Assembly (NCBI GenBank): GCA_037441675.1
Contig: JBBIRS010000005.1
Span: 75,648 to 139,647 of the forward strand
DNA length: 64,000 nt
Reading direction: 5' to 3'
Source of the DNA: Planctomycetales bacterium
GTDB taxonomy: Bacteria; 4484-113
Shown: positions 39,718 to 48,910 of the stretch, piece by piece
Layout: every line of letters begins with the position of its first letter
Numbering within the stretch: the stretch's first letter is position 1
Notes under the pieces: model-generated
Seen by the model: the letters and a program-made list of their open reading frames with translations, nothing else
The model's database searches: none
What the model was told of the DNA's origin: nothing
Position numbers and translations under genes: made by a program

Positions 39718-40518
39718 GTGCGTTCGGACGCGAGAATCAGGAGGGTATCGGCGCTAGTGTTAAGGTCTGCTCCTTTGTATGAGAACGACCGTCTGGTAAC
39801 TTTATTTAATCCCAAAATTGGTGTAGTGAATGCCAGAGCAAAGTCAGCAATGGAAATCAAGTCCCGTCTTGCTCCACGCTTAATGCCATTAAACTACGTT
39901 TATACGAGTTTAGTTTACACTCGCTCCCTTTATCCCATCGTGAGTAGTGCCGAGCCAATTAGTAGTTTCCACCATTGGCAGAAGAGTTGGTTACGAATAC
40001 TTATCTCCTCCTGCTTTCTCAGCCTGCTTATTGAACTTTCCGGGCCTCAGGAGGTTACCTCTCAATTCTTTAGGTTGAGTATCAATTTGCTTCAGAGTGA
40101 GCCTGGGGAAAAGCCAAGGAAAGCTCTTGCGGTGTTTCTCGTGAAGGCTATGCGCATACTTGGTGTCTTGGAGAATCAGAGCCGATGCGGGATTTGCAAC
40201 ATGCCAATATCAAAAGGTGCAGTTATCTCAACTCCCTCGCTAACACTGTTCTTTTGCGTGAACTGTTTTAATAAAGAGTACTCTCAGAGAAGCGTTAGCT
40301 TTTACAAAATCCCTTCAAACTCCCTAAATAAAATTATTGCTCTGCATCAGCTTCCCTTGTTAGAGTATCAGAAGATTTCTCTCTCGGGATTTGAGTTGGG
40401 ATTATTACTTTTAATCTTTACTAATAGAGTTATTGATATGTTTCCAAAAACTATTCGTCTAATCTCACAGCTTTATACGTACGTTGGCGCTGAAAAGCCT
40501 GAACTCACAGGTGGATAG
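39718..40518 (+). CDS. recO: DNA repair protein RecO
   Basis: ALVLR....E.DRLVTLF OB-fold start, A.AK.A...KSR and Zn-finger CGIC...CVNC. Confidence 0.8.
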   Translation: MRSDARIRRVSALVLRSAPLYENDRLVTLFNPKIGVVNARAKSAMEIKSRLAPRLMPLNYVYTSLVYTRSLYPIVSSAEPISSFHHWQKSWLRILISSCFLSLLIELSGPQEVTSQFFRLSINLLQSEPGEKPRKALAVFLVKAMRILGVLENQSRCGICNMPISKGAVISTPSLTLFFCVNCFNKEYSQRSVSFYKIPSNSLNKIIALHQLPLLEYQKISLSGFELGLLLLIFTNRVIDMFPKTIRLISQLYTYVGAEKPELTGG

Positions 40519-40662
40519 ATAGGGTTCTATAGCGTGAAAAATGCTCTGTTCATCAATTATTGCCGATAGGAGTAGACTATCGCTTTGAAAGTTCAGTTTG
40601 AAAGTCCAAAATACAATTTCCATGCTAAGGCAGGATTAAATTGAGACTATAATATAAGGTGT

Positions 40663-41283
40663 TTGTCTACCTATCATTCCAACCGAAGGCTTCGTAAAGC
40701 CATACACATTCTTGCCGGCTTTCCCAGCTTATCCCTTAAGTATCTCAGTTTTCCTTACGCACTCTTACTTGCGTTCTTTCTGCTTATCATAGCTATTCTT
40801 CTTAGTCCAAAGTGGAAGTTAGTTATTCCGCTCTTGAAAGAGGAGGATAGGGTGAAGGGTTACATTTCCGGAGTAAGGCACTACTTTCTTACAGTGTTTA
40901 TTTTAGTGTTACTGTTTGGTTATTTGAACTCACCCTTTCTTGCTTCGGCGGGATGGTTAGCCCTTGCATTGGGTGATGGCACAGCTGGACTTGTTGGTAG
41001 GCGTGATAGCGCAAAACTGCCCTGGTCACGAAGAAAGACCATAGCTGGCTTCTTCTCCTGTATTGTTTTTACTTTCCTCGCGATTTTACTCACTTATCTT
41101 TGGTTCTTTTGGGGAGTGGAATTTCCAGCTTTATTCAGACCAAGCAGAATGCTGATGTTTGCTTTAGTAGCTTTTTTGATTGCAGTCTTTGAATCTATTG
41201 ACTTCCCCATTGATGATAATTACATTGTCGGGCTGGGAACTGCTTTTTTGTTGCTTCTCCTATTTCAAATTTGGCCTATTTGA
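40663..41283 (+). CDS. Phytol/dolichol kinase-like (CTP transferase family) membrane protein
   Basis: RK.IH, LALGDG.AGLVG, KT.AG and IDDN. Confidence 0.8.
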   Translation: MSTYHSNRRLRKAIHILAGFPSLSLKYLSFPYALLLAFFLLIIAILLSPKWKLVIPLLKEEDRVKGYISGVRHYFLTVFILVLLFGYLNSPFLASAGWLALALGDGTAGLVGRRDSAKLPWSRRKTIAGFFSCIVFTFLAILLTYLWFFWGVEFPALFRPSRMLMFALVAFLIAVFESIDFPIDDNYIVGLGTAFLLLLLFQIWPI

Positions 41284-41375
41284 AAGCTCTTATAAAACAC
41301 TATAGGCAAAACAATTTCTGAATGTATTGTGTGTTAGAATAAATAGTTGGCGATTAAATTTAAGGGAGGAATTAA

Positions 41376-42308
41376 ATGAAAAAGTTACTTGTATTTTCCT
41401 TTGCCTGTATTCTTCTATTATCTTTTCAATCATTTGCTAAACCAAGAATTGGCGTTCCCAAGTTTGGGTTTGACATAGAGAGTGTTGGGGAGGGTGTGTC
41501 AGATGTTTTGGCAAGGGAACTTTACAAATCTGGCAGGTTTGATGTTATAGAGCGCACAGAGCTTGAAACTCTCATCGGCGAGATTGACTTTGAGCAATCT
41601 GAGTATGTTGAGAAAGAAACTGGTGTGCCATTGGGACAGGTAAAAGGAGTTGACTATTTGCTCATCGGCAAAATAACTTTTTTTGGTTACGAGGAGAAGG
41701 AGAAGGGAGGAGGTGGAGCAATTTTTGGGAAGGTTTTTGGAGGAGCTGGGGTTGAGGCTAAAACCAAGAAAGCCCGCGCGACCTTTGATATTCGCCTCGT
41801 TGAGGTAAAGACCGGTAAAGTCATTTACGCGGAAAGCGCGGAAGGAGTTGAGAGCAAAAAGGGTTTAGCCATTGCAGGTTTTGGACCCGCATGGCTTGCG
41901 GGAGTGAAGTTTGATTCTTCGGAGTTCAGGGACTCAATGATAGGTAAAGCCACGTATAAAGCTGTTGGCGCTGTCCTATTGAAGCTTTATGAGAAATTTC
42001 CACTTGAAGGCGAGGTTATTAAGAGGCTTGAGGACGCTGTAATAATTAACCTTAACGAAGAATCCGGCATAAAAGTTGGAGATTTGCTGAAGGTCTACTC
42101 CGTTGACGTTATTACAGACGACAAAGGCAATGTCATTTGGGAAGAGAAGAAAGAAATTGGTAGCGTCAAGGTGAAGGCGTTTCAAGGACAGAATCTGATG
42201 GCGGAGATTATAAGCGGAAGAAACAGCATAACAGTGGGAAATAAAGTCGCTCCTGAAAAGCAGACAGTTTATCTTCCTGAGGAGGCAAGGGAGGAGGAAG
42301 AAAAGTAG
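41376..42308 (+). CDS. CsgG/HfaB family exported protein with a C-terminal beta domain
   Basis: SGRFDVIER..L..L..E, GVDYLL.G.IT and DIRLV.V.TG.VI. Confidence 0.82.
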   Translation: MKKLLVFSFACILLLSFQSFAKPRIGVPKFGFDIESVGEGVSDVLARELYKSGRFDVIERTELETLIGEIDFEQSEYVEKETGVPLGQVKGVDYLLIGKITFFGYEEKEKGGGGAIFGKVFGGAGVEAKTKKARATFDIRLVEVKTGKVIYAESAEGVESKKGLAIAGFGPAWLAGVKFDSSEFRDSMIGKATYKAVGAVLLKLYEKFPLEGEVIKRLEDAVIINLNEESGIKVGDLLKVYSVDVITDDKGNVIWEEKKEIGSVKVKAFQGQNLMAEIISGRNSITVGNKVAPEKQTVYLPEEAREEEEK

Positions 42309-42365
42309 TCCATTCACTAATGGTGCTAAATTTATTGCTTGATTGGCTTTTGTTAAAGGCGGATG

Positions 42366-42438
42366 TAGGCCAGGGAGGACTCGAACCTCCAACCCTCTGA
42401 TTAAGAGTCAGATGCTCTGCCTGTTGAGCTACTGGCCC
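42366..42438 (-). tRNA. tRNA-Lys(CTT)
   Basis: GGGCCAGTAGCTCAA...CTGA-CT-CTT-AA-TCAG...GGTTCGAGTCC...TGGCCTA cloverleaf; no encoded CCA. Confidence 0.95.
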
Positions 42439-42630
42439 AAATGGAAATAACACCTCGCGTTTAGGCTAATTTATCATTACCTAAATCTATCGTCAATAAG
42501 GTTACGCCTTTGGACGTGGCTCTAAATTAACAAATCTGTTCAGTTTCCTTTGCTTATTGATTAAAAAACTAAAAATGTAATTGTAAAATCTCTTAAACAA
42601 ATTCTTATGCCTTATGGTATTATTATGTTA

Positions 42631-42692
42631 GCGGGGGCATCGGATCCTCATCCCCCTCACCACCTCCAGCCGATGCCCCTGCATTTTTATTT
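42631..42692 (+). ncRNA. Candidate ~60-nt hairpin sRNA with a C-rich loop
   Basis: Extended -10 TGgTATTAT (42615-42623), 13-bp stem, 26-nt C/U-rich loop and trailing T-tract. Confidence 0.5.
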
Positions 42693-42730
42693 AGAGCCTT
42701 TGGTCATTTCGCGGCATTTACAAGGGGCAT

Positions 42731-43643
42731 CTAACAACTTATATGTACTTTCAATTTTGTTTCTTTAATCACAGCTTCTATGTAGTCTTTCTTGAGACAA
42801 GGGTTCTTCTCTTTCTTCCTCCGATTAAATGCTATCAACGCACTTCGGTCGATGATATATTCTATGTCTGCACCAAAATAGCCTTCCGATTTTCTAGATA
42901 ATTCTTTAGTTGCAAAAGAGTTCTCTAATTTTCTATCTGCTTCTCCCGTATAACCCATGATTAGAGTAGGACTAATTTCTACAAACTTCGCCGTCAATGT
43001 CCCTTGCTATAGACATAGATATCATGGTTTTTCCAGTCTGAGGGGGCCTAAAAAGTAACATTCCGCCACCTATCCTAAAGCCTAGAGAATAGGCAAGTTT
43101 CTTGTTTTCAAGAGGAGCAATAATTCTTTCATAGATGAATTTTTCTCATCGCCTAATCCAACAACATCTTCTAATTTGTATTCGGACAATCTATCAAACA
43201 GTTCAGGTTCAGATTCAACCTTATCTTCATCTTCAACAAAAGAAGAATCAAACAGTAATAAAATCCTTTTCGTGTATTCTGGACCAACGTATTCTGAGTG
43301 GGAAGCTTATATTTCCCACCTTTACAGTCTTTGCGCTTCACAATCCTTCCAATCTTCTCTCCAGCATTGCCAGCCCTTTGCAATTTATCACTAACAAGCT
43401 TTACTCTTACTTGAACAGGAAATTTTCCATCCAACGCGTCTGGATCAATGTTACGTTATACTTTACTCTCTGCTTGAGAGATACCTAGCAATTCATTAGT
43501 GTCAATATTCCACAAAAAATCGATGTCTCCCTTCCTGACGTCTTCAAACGTAACCATCCATATTCCGTAACTCTGAACACACCTTTATCAAGGCATTCCT
43601 GTTCTGTGTTCTTTTTGCATACCATAATAAAACAAAGCTTCAT
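42731..43643 (-). pseudogene. Decayed DCD-domain + AAA-ATPase fusion gene
   Basis: Manual translation across frames gives FIMVC...TEQECL, KGDIDFLWNID, NIDPDALDGKFPVQVRV, LEDVVGL, MLLFRPPQTGKT and EGYFGADIE. Confidence 0.75.
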
Positions 43644-43806
43644 AATCTCATATCCTCACGAAAGATTGGATTATTATCTGGTCCTTTATAATTTCGGATG
43701 AAAAGCTTTAAGTAACAGGAGCGAGTGGTAAACACCAGGCTGTTTAACACTTACTCTTGCAACAGATCTGTTGTTTTCTTACTTTCGTACACCGCTACTT
43801 ATAAAA

Positions 43807-43879
43807 TGGGCGCAACAGGACTTGAACCTGTGACCTCTTGCGTGTGAAGCAAGCGCTCTAACCACTGAGCTATGCGCCC
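43807..43879 (-). tRNA. tRNA-Val(CAC)
   Basis: GGGCGCATAGCTCAG...CTTGC-TT-CAC-AC-GCAAG...GGTTCAAGTCC...TGCGCCCA; no encoded CCA. Confidence 0.95.
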
Positions 43880-44065
43880 AATTTGATACTAATTGATTTA
43901 GATTATAACACTCGTTTTTTTGTATACTATTTATGTAGCGAAGAGTTTAGAATGAAGGAATTAGTTATATATAATCCCATTGTAGGAGGGTAGCAAAGCG
44001 ATTCAATTCTTTTTTATGGTTTATGCTAATATTAAAGTCTTGTCGCTCTTGGAGGCAATCTTCTA

Positions 44066-46321
44066 GTGAAAGTTTCTAAGTATTCTCAAGTTTCAATTCA
44101 ATCCCTACTGAGACGAGTAAGCGCTTTGGATGTTTTCAAAGCTCTCGGGGCCAATGATGATTCAGTAATTGAAAGCAAGGATTCAATCCGCTCAAGGTGT
44201 TTTTTGCATAACGATGCCGATGCCTTTTCCCTCACCTCAGAAAAGGACACTCACTCTACTTATTGTTTAGACCTAAGTTGTCGTTTGTCTCGGTTAAATG
44301 ATGGTGGTGGTAATTACTTTGAAACTTACGCATATATTAAGGGAATTTCCTACGATGAGGCGTTAGAATACTGGGCAAGACAAGCTAATGTAACGTTAGA
44401 GTTGAGAAGCGAGGAAGAGACAGCATCCCAGAGGGACATATCATACTTTAACTATATTGAAGTAGCCCGTTTTGAGTTAGAAGATATCGCAGAAGGAGGC
44501 GAGAGAACCTACAAGCCCCTTCAAATTGTTTTTGAAGGGAAAGAAACGCTTGGTAGGGGGTTAATTGTTCAACAGTCAAGACTTCCAGATCTCTTGGAAA
44601 AGTATCCAACCAATATTTACCGAAGCCAATTCCTTTACGAGTTGAATGATAAGGATGCCATAATTGAAGAGGCATTGCGTGGCGAACTTTACCTGCTTGG
44701 CAATTACTATCTAATTTTTGACGCGACCTCGAGCGCAGCGATAGTGCACGCAATTAACCAAGCAACTGAGCTGGTTGAGAAACTTCATGCTGAGTACGAT
44801 GTGCCATTTGAGGCTGTGTCAATATATTACTCTGATAGACCCATCAAGGTTGAGATTGATTACACTGTTTTCGGTGTTGTCCCACGTCAGAAATTAGATA
44901 AAGTTTTCTATGAGATGACTCGGATACTAATTGGAAATGAAGAGGAGAGGGAAAAGCGATACTCTCAGCTTAGCTTAAAGTGCTATACGTATGACTTTCT
45001 TACCGCTGTTCCTGGTTCACGCACATCTACAAGGGGCAGGGACGTTTACAAGATCCGACTTCCTTATCATATATTCAAGAAGACTTCTTACCAGAGGCTT
45101 CACGAGCTTTCTCAGAAGAAACCTGAACTAGCGCCAAAGGAAATGGTAGACAGAGTTTCGCCGAAAGCGCGAGAACTATTTGAAAGAGCGGTGAGAATCG
45201 TTCAAGGGGAAGGAGTGGAGGAGGAGCGCGAGACCATTGCAACTATGTTTTATCGTGACTTGGAGCGCCCAGATCACCTTGCCTCTGCGGATACTCTTGC
45301 GAAGACTTTGCTTAAGCGATTGTTCTCTGAAAACCGTCAAATTCTCGCAACTCCTAGCGCCTACTTCAACAGCCTTCTCGGTGGTGGTTTTTACCCAGGA
45401 AGTCTTTATCTTTTCGCGGGCTTTCCGGGAACGGGTATCACTTCTTTTTCGCTTTGGTTGCTTCTAAAAATTGCGGAACAGTATAAGGCTCCTTGCCTCT
45501 ATGTTTCTCTTCAGGTAGGCATTGAAGAGCTCTTTAAGCGTTCTATTTCTATGATTGGGAGAATAGGTCTTCATGAAATTTCCAAAAAGAGGATGGTTCC
45601 CTCTGAGCTTTACACCGATACAGATTTTTATAAGAAAGTCTTCTCCGCCTATGAGAAGTTTCAGGAGATAGCAAAAAATGTTACCTTCCTAGAGGGTATC
45701 AAGATGGCGAATACCGGGCAGATTCGCCGTGCCATATCGGAGTTAAAGGAACGAACCCAGGGGCAGAATGGTAGAGGTAATGTTTTTGTTGTTATTGATT
45801 CACTTCAGCTTCTACTAGCCCAGATGCGAGCTCTGGGAGAAGGCATAATTGGCGGATACGATATCCAAGCTTTAACGGGAGTACTCAAGTCTATAGCTCG
45901 CGAACTTGACGTTACAATTTATGTTACTTCTGAGTTTTACGGTGATTACAGTTTTCATTCAGCCTTAAAACGAGCCGAGAATGTGGAGTTAATGTCCCTA
46001 TATGAGAACACTCAATTTGTGGATTGCGTGGGAGTTTTGTCCTCAATCGGTTGTTGCCTAGGGCCGCTTATCTCCTTCTTTGAAGGATACCGCGGTACAC
46101 TGAATGAGGATGAGGCTAAGAAAACTGTTTCAATTCTTAAGAAGGTTGAGGCGGATTTTAAGGCTTCGGACGTAGGCAAAAGGCAGAACAGCGTTTTCAC
46201 CATAGTTGATATTATTAAGAACAGAGGAGGGCTCACCGGCAAAGCACTTTTCATTTACCACAGGTCTTACGCCGACTTTGAGCCAGTTGAGTATCCTATG
46301 CTATCTGAAAATGGCGGTTAA
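44066..46321 (+). CDS. CHC2-like Zn finger + AEP primase-like + DnaB-like helicase fusion, catalytically degenerate
   Basis: C45xxH48...C67x4C72 and GISYDEALEYWA; AEP scaffold (YIEVA, YRS.F.Y, GNYYLIFD, IYYS, PGS...YKI.L); LLGGGF.PG.L...AG.PG.G.T, VVIDSLQ, LK.IARELDV and IIKNRGG. Confidence 0.8.
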   Translation: MKVSKYSQVSIQSLLRRVSALDVFKALGANDDSVIESKDSIRSRCFLHNDADAFSLTSEKDTHSTYCLDLSCRLSRLNDGGGNYFETYAYIKGISYDEALEYWARQANVTLELRSEEETASQRDISYFNYIEVARFELEDIAEGGERTYKPLQIVFEGKETLGRGLIVQQSRLPDLLEKYPTNIYRSQFLYELNDKDAIIEEALRGELYLLGNYYLIFDATSSAAIVHAINQATELVEKLHAEYDVPFEAVSIYYSDRPIKVEIDYTVFGVVPRQKLDKVFYEMTRILIGNEEEREKRYSQLSLKCYTYDFLTAVPGSRTSTRGRDVYKIRLPYHIFKKTSYQRLHELSQKKPELAPKEMVDRVSPKARELFERAVRIVQGEGVEEERETIATMFYRDLERPDHLASADTLAKTLLKRLFSENRQILATPSAYFNSLLGGGFYPGSLYLFAGFPGTGITSFSLWLLLKIAEQYKAPCLYVSLQVGIEELFKRSISMIGRIGLHEISKKRMVPSELYTDTDFYKKVFSAYEKFQEIAKNVTFLEGIKMANTGQIRRAISELKERTQGQNGRGNVFVVIDSLQLLLAQMRALGEGIIGGYDIQALTGVLKSIARELDVTIYVTSEFYGDYSFHSALKRAENVELMSLYENTQFVDCVGVLSSIGCCLGPLISFFEGYRGTLNEDEAKKTVSILKKVEADFKASDVGKRQNSVFTIVDIIKNRGGLTGKALFIYHRSYADFEPVEYPMLSENGG

Positions 46322-46479
46322 TCTCCTAAATTGGGTAAGATAAAGTATCCATTGTAAGTGGCATTCTTCTCTTCATTTGGCTAGTAGTAACAATTAAATC
46401 TCAAAGCTTAGCTTATTAAGGTCAGAAATTGCTCCCTATAAAGATAAGCTGTGAAAGCTATGATAAAATATTTCTTGGC

Positions 46480-46552
46480 GGGGGTGTAGCTCAGTCGGCA
46501 GAGCGTCTGCTTTGCACGCAGAAGGTCAGCGGTTCGAATCCGCTCACCTCCA
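46480..46552 (+). tRNA. tRNA-Ala(TGC)
   Basis: Cloverleaf with TGC anticodon and G3:U70 identity pair; no encoded CCA. Confidence 0.96.
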
Positions 46553-46587
46553 GAAGTAATTACTTATGAGAAAGAATTAGCCGACCC

Positions 46588-46854
46588 ATGGAAAGCGTTG
46601 ATCCAACAGTAAGGGCGTACTTTGATCTTGCTTTGAATCATTACAATCGTGGTGATTTTTTGAAAGCAGCTGACCAGTGGCGGTTAGTGTTAAGTAGAGA
46701 CCCAAACTTTGTAGATGCCCATAAGTACCTTGCTTTAACTTACGAAAAGTTGGGCTGGCAACATAGGGCAAAGAAACAGTGGCAAGAGTATCTAAAACTT
46801 GAAAAGGACCCGGTTACACGAAGTAACATCGAGAAAAGACTTGCAAATCTCTAA
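46588..46854 (+). CDS. Small TPR protein
   Basis: Two TPR-like repeats (YF.LA..HY..GD...A...W; DP....AH..LA..Y). Confidence 0.85.
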   Translation: MESVDPTVRAYFDLALNHYNRGDFLKAADQWRLVLSRDPNFVDAHKYLALTYEKLGWQHRAKKQWQEYLKLEKDPVTRSNIEKRLANL

Positions 46855-46869
46855 GGAGAGCTTTTATCC

Positions 46870-47868
46870 GTGGAAGAGAAACTACCGCCGAACGAAAAAG
46901 ATAAAAAAGCTGAAGAACGAGAGAAGAAGCCACCTGAGGAACTGGGACTTGGGCTATGGCGTTTGCTCACGACTCCAGAAGAACTCATTGAAGAAACGCC
47001 ATCAGTTCCTGTCAAGGTCCCTGAAAAAGAGTTAGTTGAAGAATTTCCCTCGGACGTTGATGAGGCGGTAATCAGGTTTCAAGAACAATCTCTTACCGCT
47101 ATACAATGCAAGAATCACCCGGAACGACCTGCGGTTTCAGAATGTCCCGAATGCGCAAGCTATTACTGTAGTGAATGTATGATTATCAAGCGAGGTAAGT
47201 TGCTGTGCAAAACTTGTGCAGAAACTTTGTTTCCAGTCACGGAAGAGATGGTTTTAGAAAAAATTGCAAGTGGAGAGACTGATGAGCAATCGTTAGAATT
47301 CTTGGCTGATGCTCCTCCGCAATTTAACCCGGTAGGCTTAGGGGAGGGCTCTGAGGCAGCTATTTCAAATCCCATCAAAAGGATATTTGCCTTCCTGCTG
47401 GATATTCTTTTTCTTAGGATTTTCTATATAGTATCATTTATTATTTTACTCACGCTAATTCATGGAATTAGCGCTGGGCAAGTTCCTTCAGTGATTTCCC
47501 TCGGGAAGGGAAGCTTCTGGAACGGAGTTGGTATTATTTTGAACAACATCGTTCATTTTAAGCCACTACCGATTCTTCTCCTACTAGATTTTCTGTACTT
47601 TTTCGTGTGTTACGCTATTGTCAATCGCACGCTGGGAATGAGTTGGTTTAATCTTCGCATTGTGACCATTTACGGAGATTTTGTTGGTCTGTCATCATCA
47701 GCTGTAAGAGCCCTTATTTTGGTAATGACTTTCGGTGCTTGTATAATAGTTTCCTTATTTCATACTAGACAAATGGGGCTTCACGATATAATTTCGCAAA
47801 CCTACGAGATAAATTTCTCTGGGCTCAAACGAGTGGACGCTTATGAAACAATAAATTTAAGATTGTAA
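46870..47868 (+). CDS. B-box-like zinc finger + RDD family membrane protein
   Basis: CKNHP...CPEC...CSEC...CKTC; KRIFAFLLD, TLG....LRIV, R and Q.LHD RDD motifs. Confidence 0.8.
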   Translation: MEEKLPPNEKDKKAEEREKKPPEELGLGLWRLLTTPEELIEETPSVPVKVPEKELVEEFPSDVDEAVIRFQEQSLTAIQCKNHPERPAVSECPECASYYCSECMIIKRGKLLCKTCAETLFPVTEEMVLEKIASGETDEQSLEFLADAPPQFNPVGLGEGSEAAISNPIKRIFAFLLDILFLRIFYIVSFIILLTLIHGISAGQVPSVISLGKGSFWNGVGIILNNIVHFKPLPILLLLDFLYFFVCYAIVNRTLGMSWFNLRIVTIYGDFVGLSSSAVRALILVMTFGACIIVSLFHTRQMGLHDIISQTYEINFSGLKRVDAYETINLRL

Positions 47869-47884
47869 ATTCTGGAGTGGGACT

Positions 47885-48844
47885 ATGTTTCTTATCTTTG
47901 CTGCCAAGATTATTTGGTTGTTAGTGTGGTTAGGTGTACTTGGTTTTGGTATTTACTGGCTTGTTCAAAAGCAGTTTCTTCGGGGAACTTGGTTAGTTAT
48001 CAGTTCGTTCTTCGGGATTCTTTCGGTTTTTGTCGGCTTCTTTCCGAACAAACCCCTTGTTGGAGTGTTCTTCAGCGCCATTGCCCTTTGCATTATCGCA
48101 CTTGGTGAAAACTTGTTAAGTAACCTTTACTATGCAGTAACTGCGCCAACTTACTCCCTGCGAATGATGGCTAGGAATGACACTTTTTCTTTCAGTTTAC
48201 TCCTTACCTTTCTTGGAGGACTTTTTCTAGGTTTATACGCATCAATACTTCAACCCACAATTGTTAATTCATTTAATACCTTTGCGCAGTCCTTTGTCAG
48301 CTCTGCCTTAGCTGGTTACCAAAATCCAATATATAAGACTACCATTGAAGATTTTGGAGTAGGAAGGCTTTCGGTTTTATTTGACATTTACTATGTAAGC
48401 AACTTTGTATGGTTACCTGTTATATGGGTGGGATTGTGGTTCTTTTTTGGTTTGCTGTATTGGTTTCTTGGAAGGTTATTTGGCAGTCCCGCTGCTTACA
48501 AGGAAATTTTAGCGGGTTTCTCTTATTGGTTTAGTCTTGTTGGTATATTAACCGGATATTTCTTGTTCCGTTTCCTTATAAGCAGTTTAAGCGCACCACC
48601 GGGAAGTTTGTCCCTAGGTTTCACAGAAATTATCGGCGCAATTTTAATTCTTGCTTCTCTGGTTTATTTTATAATTTGCATCTCCCAATCAGAAGAAATT
48701 GGCATAGTTCAGTCGTTGGTAATCTTTGTGTTAATCTCTGCGGTTTTTGTTGGTATAGCGGTCGCGCTTTATACGTATCAAGCAAAACCTGCAATTGATG
48801 CGTTTAAGAACGAACTTTTAAGCGCTGATCCCTCAAAGATGTAA
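47885..48844 (+). CDS. Polytopic membrane protein (Yip1-like C-terminal part)
   Basis: About 8 hydrophobic segments; LGRLFGS.A.YKEIL.GFSY pattern. Confidence 0.6.
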   Translation: MFLIFAAKIIWLLVWLGVLGFGIYWLVQKQFLRGTWLVISSFFGILSVFVGFFPNKPLVGVFFSAIALCIIALGENLLSNLYYAVTAPTYSLRMMARNDTFSFSLLLTFLGGLFLGLYASILQPTIVNSFNTFAQSFVSSALAGYQNPIYKTTIEDFGVGRLSVLFDIYYVSNFVWLPVIWVGLWFFFGLLYWFLGRLFGSPAAYKEILAGFSYWFSLVGILTGYFLFRFLISSLSAPPGSLSLGFTEIIGAILILASLVYFIICISQSEEIGIVQSLVIFVLISAVFVGIAVALYTYQAKPAIDAFKNELLSADPSKM

Positions 48845-48910
48845 CATTATTTAACTGTTCTGAAGATTTACATTTTTTTAATTTGCATTTCGCATCAAAG
48901 GAAGAAGAGT

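Noticed and set aside
43135..43488. Plus-strand ORFs of 117 aa and 72 aa
   Set aside because: Antisense to the DCD-AAA relic, which explains the region better
42440..46480. Active integrative element or prophage at the tRNA cluster
   Set aside because: No integrase or structural genes, and I found no duplicated tRNA 3' end (att site) by eye; only relic or domesticated cargo is evident
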